Position numbers and translations under genes: made by a program. A stretch of 63,211 nucleotides of DNA, the filler included, from Conidiobolus incongruus B7586 (taxonomy: Eukaryota), in NCBI GenBank assembly GCA_000697335.1. It is 5 parts of 5 records of this genome, joined end to end, with 100 filler letters (N's around TTAATTAATTAA, not from the genome) between each part and the next. Parts side by side here need not be neighbours in the genome. Positions count along the whole stretch, not along the records: positions 1 to 18,775 come from JNEM01006099.1; 4 more parts are not named here. One strand, 5' to 3'. Below are positions 1 to 12,400 of the stretch, in pieces. The notes beneath the pieces are model-generated. The model ran no database searches. It was given only the letters and a program-made list of their open reading frames with translations, and was not told where the DNA came from. The stretch's first letter is position 1. The number at the start of each line of letters is the position of its first letter.

Positions 1-3000
1 TTAATTATATTAATTCTTATTATTTAAATTACAAAGTGATATTTGAATAGTATTAATTAAATATATTAAACTTAAATATAATATACAAGTTATCTAAATT
101 CATTATAGCTTTATTACTATTTTAATATTTAATATATTTAGCCATTCACTAGCTAATATCTTATTTATACTTTATTTTATAATATTATAATTATAATATA
201 TTTTTATTCTTTTTCCTTTTTTCATATTAAAGCAAATTATCAGATAAAGTAAATTTTTCCACAGTGCTAATTATAATATAGTTTATAGTGAATAGAAAAG
301 TTACGATATTAATAACTTTTATGAAAATATTACCTTTTATAATTATTATATATTTGTTTAATAAAAATTATAATTAATTTTTTTCATTCTCAATTATTAT
401 AATATATAATTTATAGAATGGAATAAAATTGATAATAAATTGGGATAACTTGCAATAATCACATATAATCATCTTAAATTCGAGTCAATAAATGTTATTG
501 ATAATAATTATTATAAATAAAATAATATATGGTAATAAATATTTATTTGTTTATTTTAAAATTTATCTTTTAATTATTATAAATATTATTAATTCAGATT
601 ATTGCAAATTAATTTTTAATCAGTAAGGTTTAAGGATAATTGAAAGTAGGATTGAATTTAGGCCACTTTGGAATTTTGGCTCAAAATTAAGGGTATATGT
701 TAGAAATGAATTTTGTTTTATTGATCCAGTTAAGTCATCCACCCACCCACAAATTCTCCAAAATCCTTCAATCACCTATTTGCATCAAATCCCAAATTTG
801 TTAAATATTCATTCATCCGAATAGCTAAGTTGGCCAATTAAATTAACGTACAGTTAGAATAAAATTTTAAGGAGTTTTTAAATGAAATTGGAGTTATGAA
901 ATAAAACTGTTGATGTTAATATAAAAATTTAGGATCAAATAATTTGAAAAAATATTGAATAAAATAAAAAATATAGATTTTTTAATATTATTCATTGATC
1001 ACTTTTCTCTTTAATTTATATATATCAATATATTAATGATATCAAATCATTATCCATAATTAAAATATATAATTAAATCAAAAGTAAATAAGTCTAATAT
1101 TTTTATTAGAAAAACATGAGTTACAATTAAAATTTTCATAATATTGACTTGATCAAGCAGAAAACTATAAATAATTAAGATCGTTTGATATCTCATAGTA
1201 TAACTTATCATAACATGATAATAAAAATCACTATCAAGCACCAAATATCATAGAATAGCATGAATGGATGAATGCCTATAATCAATATATCAATTGTATT
1301 AACTAATAAACATGAATTGAGTATATAAAATGACTGTTATCTTTAATAAATTAATACAAAATGTCTAACACTGAGTTAAACAAAATACCTATTGAAGGAA
1401 TTTATTAATAATTAATATTTGTTTCTCTGATTATCATATATTTTATCTATAAATAACAGAAAATAGTTATAATACGATTAAATTGATATAATCTAATAAT
1501 AGATACACACTTGAATATTTAAAATTGAATTAAATATAAATTATAAAATTATTATTGTTATAGCATTTACAGAGAGTTGTCATTTATATGTTAAATTTTA
1601 ACAATATAAAATTTTTAATAAAAGTAAAATTTGATATTTGTTAAAATATTATTATTATTATTTCAATTATGGATAATATCCAGTTTTTAAAGAATCTTTA
1701 TTATTCAAATCTTGTTAATATTTTAGTAAATTTATTAAAAAAAATTTTGCAATTTTTGTTAATAATTGAAATTAAAATTCATAGCAAATTTAAAATGTGT
1801 ACTGGATTCAAATACTTGAATGGTTATAATCAATTAATGTAGTTAAGGAATAAATACTATTTTTAATAAAGCATCCTGTTTTCTATAAATATTCGTTCAA
1901 GTTGAATCAAGAAAGAATCGATTTAAATAGCTTAGTTCTCATGATGAAATATAAATTGAAATTATATTATTAATAACTTTCTAATAAAATTTTCAATTGA
2001 AATGATATTAAAATCTATAATGAATATCAAATATATATATATATATAATGTAAGGTTACCTAAACTTATAATTGTCAATAATGACAAGATATTACAAAAT
2101 CTATCATTACTCTCTATAACTTGAAAATTAGCGTAAATAAAAGTATGACAATTCTGAGTATTTTTGCATACCAAATATTATATCACAATTGTGAAATTTA
2201 ATATCATAACAAAGATTTATGGTCAAGTCATTATTATTATGAATTATCTCTGAAATTGAGTTATTCAAAGCAATTATAATATTGCAAACTTTTAATATTA
2301 CCTATATCTTTAATAATTGATAAAAATTAGATCTGAAAATTAGTATATAAATTTTATATTGGTTTGTATCAAAATCATAGTATCACAGAAATATAAATAG
2401 AAAAAAATTTTTTTCTCTCATTAATAGTATATTATTAATTTAAATTTATAAAAGTGAAATATTTGAATATACTAATTAAAATAATACAAATTAAATACTT
2501 ATATTATAATATTATAATATTATAATAAATAATTCCTAAGTAGAAGGGTGATTAAATTTGTATATATAATCATTAAAAATGAATAAATTAAAATGATTAA
2601 GTGCTACATATATTAAATAGAGTTGATTATTTTATTTAATGAGAATTTTTTAATTCAATAAATTAATATATCAATATTTGAAAAATATTTAAAAATACTA
2701 ATTTTGACCATATTTTGAAAATTGAGATGATATTTGTAGTAATAATGATATCATTCTAATTTAATAGTCATACTTATTTTATCAAAGTAAGATATGTAAT
2801 AATTCTATTGATTATATTATATTTAATCTTCAGAAATACATTCCATAAATTCACAATTATCAATAAATAATACCTTAACAAACCTATTTGCTTAATTTTT
2901 TGTTTAAATTAAATTTTTGATCATCGTTATTTACCAAACTTAGAAATAGTGGGATAAGTAAATAATCATGCTGATCAATAAAATTTAATAAATATTTATT

Positions 3001-4149
3001 AATTGATATTCTTCATTTGCATATGCATATAATTTTAAAATTTAATTCTAAAAATTTCATATTATAATCATTAATATTAATTAAAATTATATTGATTAAC
3101 ATTATAATCTAATGATAACAAAACTTTAATAATAAATTATAATAATATATAAAGTGATCCTGAATTTATATAGTTAAAATATACTTTATTAAAACTGAAA
3201 TTTACACTTGATATATATTATAGTATATATAATATTTGTATTGGGTTATGTTGAACTTGGATCAATTTGAATTATGCATTAATCTGTATTATCCCTTTAT
3301 CAGTTATTAATATCAAGCGATTAGTGACAACAATATAATAATTAATTCAGTCTACTGTTTTTCATTTAAAATTTAATAGTTTAAAATTTACACAAACTTT
3401 GTTCTAGTTGTTTGAATCGAATTGTTTATTTTGGATTGATTTTTTGATTTGTTACAAGAAACTAAACTGATTTTGCAAATTCCCTTTGATTTTGGTTGAT
3501 ATTGAATGTGGTAAAATGTGATGAGTAAATATGCTAAGTATGTTAAAAAATCAATATTAAGTAAAATTTGTAGTTTCACTTGGTTTATTTTCATTGATCC
3601 TTATATAATTTAGGTATCATGATTTCATTACCCCTTAACATGTTGAAATTCAAACATTTCTGAAATCCATAAAGATTCTGTTATTGTAAATTTTGAATAA
3701 ATCTAGCAAAATATATTTATTTTTTAATTAAAACTTCAAATAATTGCAATGTATTCAAAATGGTATATGATCTTTACCAAGTTATTAAAACCAAATAGCT
3801 GTATTTTTATGACTTAAATTTTTAATCCCTAAAAACTATTTAGCCTAATGTACCTACTTGAATAGTATAGTCAATATACCAAATATGTTTAGTAGCGCTT
3901 GATAAGACAAATACAAATAATTTTAAAATGATTGAATTAATTTTACATATAAAGTTAAATTGCTCTTAGTGCTCGGATGTTTTCTAGAAATAGTGAACAA
4001 TTTTTAACAATTAAAACTTCATTTATCAAATATACTAAAGTTCGCAATTTTGTATTTTAATAGTAACGTGGTTTAAATGAAATGACTGAATACTAATATT
4101 TATTATTTTATCAAATAAAAATCTTGAAACTGATTTAATATAAATTAAT

Positions 4150-7100
4150 CTAGTAATGGCGATGGCTATTCATATCTCTCATGTGAGAAGGTGGAGGGTA
4201 GATGTGTCGATCATTTGGATTGTGACCGTTAAGGGAAATAGGTGCCCTTGCCTTAATATATGAAGATCTGTGCTGACTATCATTGGGATAGGCAGAGGGT
4301 ATTGATGAGTGAGATGCTGGTTGAGTCATAGAATAAGACGATAAACTTCCTATACGAGAAGGTCCAGATGATTCGCTTATTTTGGAAGAAAGAGAATGTC
4401 CAGATGCATAGTGTGAATGGCCGGAGTAATAGCTATTCTTTGGCGAAGTAGAATTTCGGTTATGGTCTGAAATCATAGATCGATCGCTGCGAGATATGGA
4501 AAAAGAATGGGGATCAGTTGAAGGCCTGGATGATGAAGATGAATCTGAAATCAAATAGTGTGAAGGATGTGAGCTACCAGATACATTACTATTCACATTG
4601 GAAACTACATAATGAGGGCGTGATGTTGATAAACTATGAGAACTTACAGAGTTGTATTTTGGCGGTGGATAAGATAATGGAGTTTCCATACCGTGCAACG
4701 AACGTTTTGTAGAAGGATGGGAAGGGATCTCATCAGGGAAATCAGTTTTAGAATGGGACATAACCCGATGATGACTTCCATTTGAATTTGGAGTGGGGAA
4801 TATATTATGATCAGAGATATGAGATGGATGATAAGTTCTGGATCCCAATTCGCTGTAGGAATGAGATGGCTCTTGCCATGTACGAGAAGAGTCTTTGGAG
4901 CTTGAATAGTTTGCTAATGAATGAGGATAGTGGCTGTCATCAGATTTAGGAGGGACGATAAATTGGGTTGAATTGTAGTGAGAGGCAGTGTGTTTTGGAG
5001 AGCGATTGGGCTCCCATTTAGGATGATGGCTCATCAAAGGAGGAGGATGTTTGAAAGGAGCGGTTGAAGTGGTAGTTGATGGGACTGGTTGCCCAGTAGG
5101 AGCTGGGAAACGATGAGATTCAAGATTATTTCTTGAACCTTTGGGTTTTTTGGTATTAATTGTTTCAATTAAATCGTCAAGTAACTTGGATTGTTCATCA
5201 ATAGTTACTTCAAGGTTCATGATACTCTTAGCCAACTGTTTAATCGGAGTTGATTGATCTTTTGGATTTGGAATTCCTCTGAAATTCTCGCATAACTGTT
5301 TTAGATGCTCAACATCCAGAGAAATGGAAAGAAGACAATCAAATTCTTTACAAATAAATGGAAGCTTTCTACCACGATCTACCAATTGTACAACAGTATC
5401 TAAAGAAGGACGCTTACGAATATCATTCATCCAGAAAGTTTCACAATTCAAACATGCACTAGGATGGCCAGGACGGTAGTTAATATGTAAACAGGCTCTA
5501 TGATATTGACGACGGCACTTAAAGCAACCAACAGTAGGGAAGTCGGGATTTTGTCCACAAGGACATTTGAGAGAGGTTTTCTTTTCAATCCTACACTTGA
5601 TCTTGAGCTTAATCATTTCCAAATTGAATCGGATTTGATTGGGTTTGGTGGAGTCTTGATTTAAAACCATTCCAAAAGCATCTACGACTGATTGAATCCA
5701 TTGAATCATTTGCTTTTGATATTCTTCAAGATCACACATTTGTTTATCGGTTAAGGACAAAGAATTGATATCATTTAAAATCGCTAAGACGTCGTCATAA
5801 TTAGGTCGCTTAACAAAATCGGGTGAAGTACATTGCTCCAAAATCGTGAGAACTTTAGCTTGTTGAGGTCCATATTCTTCCTTTAGTTGCTTTAAGTCTT
5901 CAAGAAGTGAGGCAGTATGAGGAAAAGTTTCAGCTTTAGAAATGAGATAATCGATATCCATCAAAGCTACAGAAGGAGCTGTCTTTACAAGAATAGCGAG
6001 CTTTTTCCATTCTTCACCTTGCTTATAAAGTGCTTGCAAAGCTCCAACTAGTGGGTGGTCAGATGGTATATTTTGCTGAAGTGCTTGATCCAAAACACTG
6101 GAAATATCTTGTAAAGTAAGCTTGGCACGATACGATTCGGCAGTTAATTTTTGAGCATATTGATACCATTGCAAACCTGACAGTCTATCCTTAAGCTTCT
6201 TGGTAGAATCATTCTCCAATTCGAGTTCTTTGGCCTGTGTCATTAAGTCATTTAAATAATCAGTTTCGGCATCTTGATCAGCTAATGCTTCAGTGATTTG
6301 ATGAGTTAACAAATTCTTTGGTGAAACAATATCTTTCAATGCGTCTAGTTCTGGAGAACCGAAGCACATCGTATTCGCACTGGTAATTAAATCTTTGATC
6401 TCGTCAATCATTGCATCTCTTTCGAGATCGGGTAAAGTCCAGATTTCATCCTTTTGCTGTAAGTAACCTTCAGCCATATAAATCCAATTTTTGCATTTTA
6501 CAACAAAGTTTTTCAAATTTTCCGTTTCAGAGGAATCTACACCAATACTCTCAGCTTCATCAACAAGGTCTTGGTAAAAAGATAATGGGAGGCTACGATT
6601 TACTTTTAGAGCGGAAGTTAATTTATCTTGCCAAAGACTAGTTCCAGAAGCTTGATTCATGGTTTTGTCAACTAGTTCGTTCAATTCGTTATCTTTATAT
6701 CTTTGATAGACAATCTTTGACTCAGGATCACATTTACAAAGTGAATAGTAATGATCTGAACACACCACTTCAGTATCGCATTTACATCCAATAGCTGATA
6801 AATAGCAGAAAACTTTACATTCTTTGCATTGGAAAACATCTCCTTTAGGCATTTCTTCAGCCTTAGCATCGGGCAAGTATTGTCTAATTTTGTCTCGGTG
6901 GCCTTTTTCTCGTCTGTGAAGATCTTGGAAGGCTTCTCTCATATAATGAGAATTTGCAAGATCAGGAGTATTTAAAGCAGTGTTAATTAATAGCTCATCA
7001 TGAGAGAAGACAGGGTTTTTGGAAAACTTCTTGTACTGAAGGACGCAATCAAGTCCATAAGGGATCCAATCAAGAGGAGCAAAATTTACAGCTTCATTAA

Positions 7101-8640
7101 AATTAAGACCGTGATTGAAGCCGGCATGATAAGCTTTAGGGAAAGTGATTACAAATTCGTTGGGGCGCTGGTCAAGACCATAGACGGGAACGTCATGTTG
7201 AGTGAGAATACTAGGAGATACCATGGTCACTAATTGATATAGTAAATCGGGTTGATTATCAAATAATTCGGGTAAAATCTTTTTCACAGCAGACTCAAAA
7301 GCCTCTGCATGAGATCCGGGAATACCATACCAAGTTTTAGTATCTCCCCAATGTTGATAATTGACAGAATAAGTATAATGATCTTCATTATGCCAGCAGA
7401 AAGTGGAGAAACACATACCAACATAAATCCATGGTACCATCATTCCAGAAATATCTTGGTTGATATTAATAAATAGTGAATTGGGAACGGTTGGAATGGT
7501 GTTCAAGTTCCAAGGATGGCGAGATATAGGATCAGTAGGCTGTCTTTCAATAGTAGGGAACCCACTTCCATGAACTGTTGAATGTAAATCGGCGCCATAT
7601 TCTACTTCTAAGGTAGATAAAGGATCAGCTAAAATTCTCCAAAACTCCTCCTCAACCATATCCTCGTTAGTAGGATAAGGGAAATAGTTTCGTTTGAATT
7701 CGTCAGCTTTTGCTTGAAAGGAAGCTAGAGTATATTCACCACCATCTTCAAATCCATAATCATTAGGAGTTTGAAGTAGACAGAAGGGACAATACCAATC
7801 GGAATTGGGGACTGCAAAGAGAGTAGGCTTTAAACAAGACAAATGATAGCCTTTTTCACAGTCATCACAGAGTAGCATAATACCTTGCTCATCTCCTTTA
7901 TAACATAGACGGCAAGCGTCAGGGTCAATTTTAGATTCATCGCTACCTTTAGGTGGCTTGAAATTCCTGTAGTGATCCAAATGATCTTCAAAAGGCTCAA
8001 TATATTTTTCATGTAATTGACGCAAAGCGGTCGACAAAGAAGTGCAAGTTTTGTTAGTAAATTTCATCTGTCTACCGATGTAGGCCCATTGCTTTTTGGC
8101 AGAGATCTATTAATAAAATATTAATATAAATGATCTGACAAAGAATTGAAGTAGATATCTAACCTCAGCACTACCACCATTATCAGCAATCAACTTGGAT
8201 AGTTTATATAAATCTACCGGCTTATGATCAAGATGAGGAATCGATTTAATAGGCTGACCATACTGACTATGAAATTTACTTAATCTTTCAATGTAATTGG
8301 AATTAACTCTTCCGAGACCGTTAACCGATCTTAAGTGTTGTTTTCTGGACTTGAATTTAAAAATCTAATGGTAGAATAATATAAGTAAATGATTTGGATA
8401 ATATAAGAACATATGAACAATCTTATAATATGAAATTCATTATTATGATCATATTATAAAACAAAAATGAAACTAGTTAATATTCAGGGGGGGGGAATGA
8501 GAAACGGGATTATATTGAATATGTTAATCCAATGATTTTAGTAGAATGAGATAAAATAAGATTAAATTCAGTTGACTAATTAACAAGGGGGATATAAGAA
8601 TTTGATAAATCATATAAAATGTTTGATAGAAAATAAATAA

Positions 8641-8671
<31 letters not shown>

Positions 8672-9040
8672 CTTTAAAAGATGAAAAGATATAACACAAG
8701 CTGAAAAAATTAATAAGAAAAAAGATCTAAATACCTCAGTGTCTAGTGCAAATTCTGGCTTAAACCCTTTTGGTGGAACAACTTTACAAATACCCGCAGA
8801 CTGAGCCTCAGGGGTGATTTTAGCAATATAAGCTATGGGGTCTTGAAATTCTTCTTCAGTAGGGAAGAAAGTGGGCGCTTCAGGTAAGCCCATAAATCTT
8901 TTTTCTTTAGGACCAGACTCATCTCTGTCTGTTCTAACAGATTTCAAATCGAAGTGAGTTGGAAGGTCTTTTTTAGAATCTTTATCATTTGACTGTTTAG
9001 AACTAACAGAGTTATTGATACCGACTTTAACTCTTTTCAT
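4150..9040 (-). CDS. KDM5: KDM5/JARID1-family histone H3K4 demethylase (Lid2/Jhd2-like), about 1487 aa, 3 exons
   Basis: Exons 9040-8735, 8364-8164 and 8106-4150 join in frame via GT-AG introns of 370 and 57 nt. Domain order: JmjN (EAPTFFPTEEEFQDPIAYI..GICKVVPP), ARID (IPHLDHKPVDLYKL..GG..KQWAYIG), PHD (CRLC..MLLCDDCEKGYHLSCL..WYCPFC), JmjC with intact HxE..H (FCWHNEDH..YHAGFNHG), C5HC2 zinc finger, PLU-1-like helical region, a second PHD-like finger, then an S/H/P-rich tail. Confidence 0.95.
8645..8671. repeat. (AT)n microsatellite in KDM5 intron 1
   Basis: Uninterrupted AT dinucleotide run. Confidence 0.9.
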
Positions 9041-9337
9041 ATCCAAGTAATAGGGATTTATCTTAGATTAATAAGAGGTATACAAGTACTATAGAACTAG
9101 ATAGGGAAATAAGAGTAAAAAGAAAATCAGTTATATATCAATTGAATGAATGTCAGTGTGGGGTTCAAGAAATGAAAATATAAAAAATGGTAGAAAATTA
9201 AGAAAAATGAGTCAAGTCCTATGGATTTAAAGGATTTCTAATTTCTCAAAATAGATATCATTTGTCGAAAGTGTGGGTGAAATCCTGTCCAATCATCACT
9301 TTCTTGCATTTTTACTTGCTAATAACTGAAGATTAAC

Positions 9338-9483
9338 TTGGCCCAAGCTCCTTAATGGTACCCACTAAATCACTTGATGACCAATCATCCTTGGCCCAAT
9401 TTTAATTATCATTCAAGTTAGAAATGATCCATAAACCCATCATCCAACCATTATCGAGTATGATAATTTCTAACTTGGCCCAA
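9338..9483. promoter_or_regulatory. Cluster of three TTGGCCCAA motifs plus CCAATCA boxes upstream of KDM5
   Basis: TTGGCCCAA at 9338-9346, 9391-9399 and 9475-9483; CCAATCATC at 9289 and 9381; 300-450 bp upstream of the ATG in otherwise AT-rich DNA. Confidence 0.45.
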
Positions 9484-12400
9484 TTTTTAATCCATCATGA
9501 TTAGCTAAGTTATGATTTTGGTATTAAAGAAATGAATTAACAATTATTATACCATCTCAATTGACATAAAATAATAAAATATTCCCAAGTTTGACTATCA
9601 CTTCTTGTTAAATATTACCTTATCAAAATTAACCAGATAGAATATTATAATAATTAATACTATATTTTGTTTTGAATAATTTTGATCAATTATAATTAAT
9701 AACTCTAGAACATTGCCAAATAAAATTAAATATAAAATGATCTTTCGATTTTTTTTCAATTAAAATTCACTTTAAAAGGTAATAAATTCAAAATTTGAAA
9801 TTATATAAACCTTAACATGTAACAATGATTCACTCATTTAAATTTTCAAATATGCATTATTTTAAATAATTTAAAAATAATTAATATTTTAAAATTGGCA
9901 AAATCGAGCATATAATTTATGCAAATTTACTTGGCATAAAATTATAATTATAATTTATATTTGATGATATCCTTAAATATCAATATTATTTTATATAAAC
10001 TCATTTTACATTATATGAGTTTATCCAATAATTAATATATCTAAACACTGAGCTTAATATTGATGAAACTGAATGAAATTTTGGAGTCAATCTGGAATTA
10101 ATGGTAAAAAGTTATATTTAGCCTAGATAAATAGATTAATTTACACCAAAATTTATATAATTGACTCAATTTAATTTCAAACTATCTTATTGTGATATTA
10201 ATATTTGACTAAAAATGTAAAAAATTTATATATAGATTCAGTAGTTAAGTTTAATCTAAAATTTTTAACATTGATTTATTGATTCGAAGTTATATTTCAA
10301 TTGAGATTAACCACCTAGGAATAATTAAGGTATATATTTTAAAGTTATATTTATATCGCAAAAACAACACTTTTAATTGACTCTTAAAACTACATTACCC
10401 AATTATCGCAAATACACAACAAATAAATTATCGTATTGAAAAAGGTTGACACATTTTCACATTTAATAAGCATAACAAATTTTCTAATCTGAGAATTTTT
10501 TTCCTAGGTTAAAATATTCAAATTCAACAATTGTAACACAGATTATCAAATAAATTTTGATAAGATATTAGATAGTTCATTTTAGTTAGAATAAAATATA
10601 TTATAGGCTAAATAGTAAAATTTAAAATATTTTATGACAATGTTGGTTTTCAATTTAGTTAGTTAATGTAATACAACAATGACGAGGTTATTCTCAATGC
10701 TATATATATATATATAATTATTATTATTATCTATAAAAACTTAGGTTAAGAATCAAATTATTTGATAAATTTCTGAGGGCTATTTAAAAGATTTATTATA
10801 TATATAGTCAAGGTGATTACAAATATTAAATTATAGGTAAAGATAAAATTTGTTTATAGTGAATAATTAATCTTTAATAAGGACAATAATTTCATTATAT
10901 ACACATTATATTCTATCCATGTGACTGAACTTTACCTTATGTGATATTTTCAAAAGTGAAAGATTTATTAAAAAATATTTTTTTTGAATTTTTAATCTGA
11001 TAAGATAATTTATTAGGAACTTAAAAATATTAAACATATACTAGTGAAATACTTAAAATTGATATGAATTTTAATTTGACGAAGTATATACAAATTATAG
11101 ATAAATAATTAATAAATATTAATCATGATTAAGTATAATCAGAAAATATCAAAACATCACAGTAAGATAATTATTAATATATTCCTAATTGGAGCTAATT
11201 CAAAATATGAAATGTCAATATAATTTTAGTCAAATATTTACATTGTTCTAATATCAAACTTACTACTAGATCCAGGTTGCCATATTTTTAAACATATAAT
11301 GGTATTTTGAAAAGGATAAAAGTTAACAAATATTTCTCATTATAGCTCACTAAATACATACTTTAATTAGACATCACCATCAATATCTTTAAAATTAAAT
11401 ATAATTTACCTAACTTTAATTAATTTTAATTAGAAATTTTAAGTTTGAATTAAATTTCAATTAAATTCACCACTGCATTTTTCAAATTGAGAAATGAATA
11501 CACACTAATCCATTAAATATCAAATTTTATGTAATATAATAAAATCACTCAATGATTAAAGATAAAAAATATATTATATAAAAGCTTTTAAAATGTATTT
11601 ATCTAATCATAATTTATTTATGAAACACATTAATTTTAGAGTGGCATTAAATATATTATGTCTTAAATCATCTATTTTTTATTTTATCTGGCATAGAAAT
11701 CATATTCAAATTTATTTCAAATTTTAAACTGAATTTTTTCTAAAGTTCTTTAAAATTTAAACAATTACATGAATATTGCGATTGAAGTATGTCTGCTCCT
11801 TGACCCAAATAACATGAATAGATAGTCTACAATGAAGGTTACAATTATTTAACTGTCTTTTGAATATTTTAATATTATTATAAATTTTTATTATTTGAAT
11901 GTTAGAAGAATTTAACTTTATATTCTGTATATTCTTCATTATTCTAAACGAAATAAATATTCTTATCTATAGAATATGAGAAAATAATAGTTATTCACTA
12001 ATCCTAGTTATATTTTTGAATAATAAGTAATAAAATCTGATGTAATAAGAATAAAATAACTTGATTTTACTAAGACATTATTTGATTGTAAATTTTAATT
12101 GAAATTTTCTTTTCAAATATGATGTTGTTGATAACTAAAAGATCCATATTTTTAGACCATTATATATCTCCATTCTTTAGTATGTCTAAATATTATTCCT
12201 ATAATATATTTTTATCCTTTATCCTTTCATAGCTATACAATTCATCTATTTTAGTTTTTGAACAAATTATTAATAAAACATTAAAATTTTTCTTAAATAA
12301 CTGTTATGAACATCATAATATAAAATTATAAATGAAAAAACTCTCAACTCATAATAAATTAATTAACAAAGTGATTTCTATTTGAAATAATCTTATTAAT

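Noticed and set aside
3388..3594. Short I/N/K/F/Y-rich ORFs (also 11757, 13855, 37429, 55176, 55543)
   Set aside because: Composition mirrors AT-rich noncoding DNA; no motifs or splice support.
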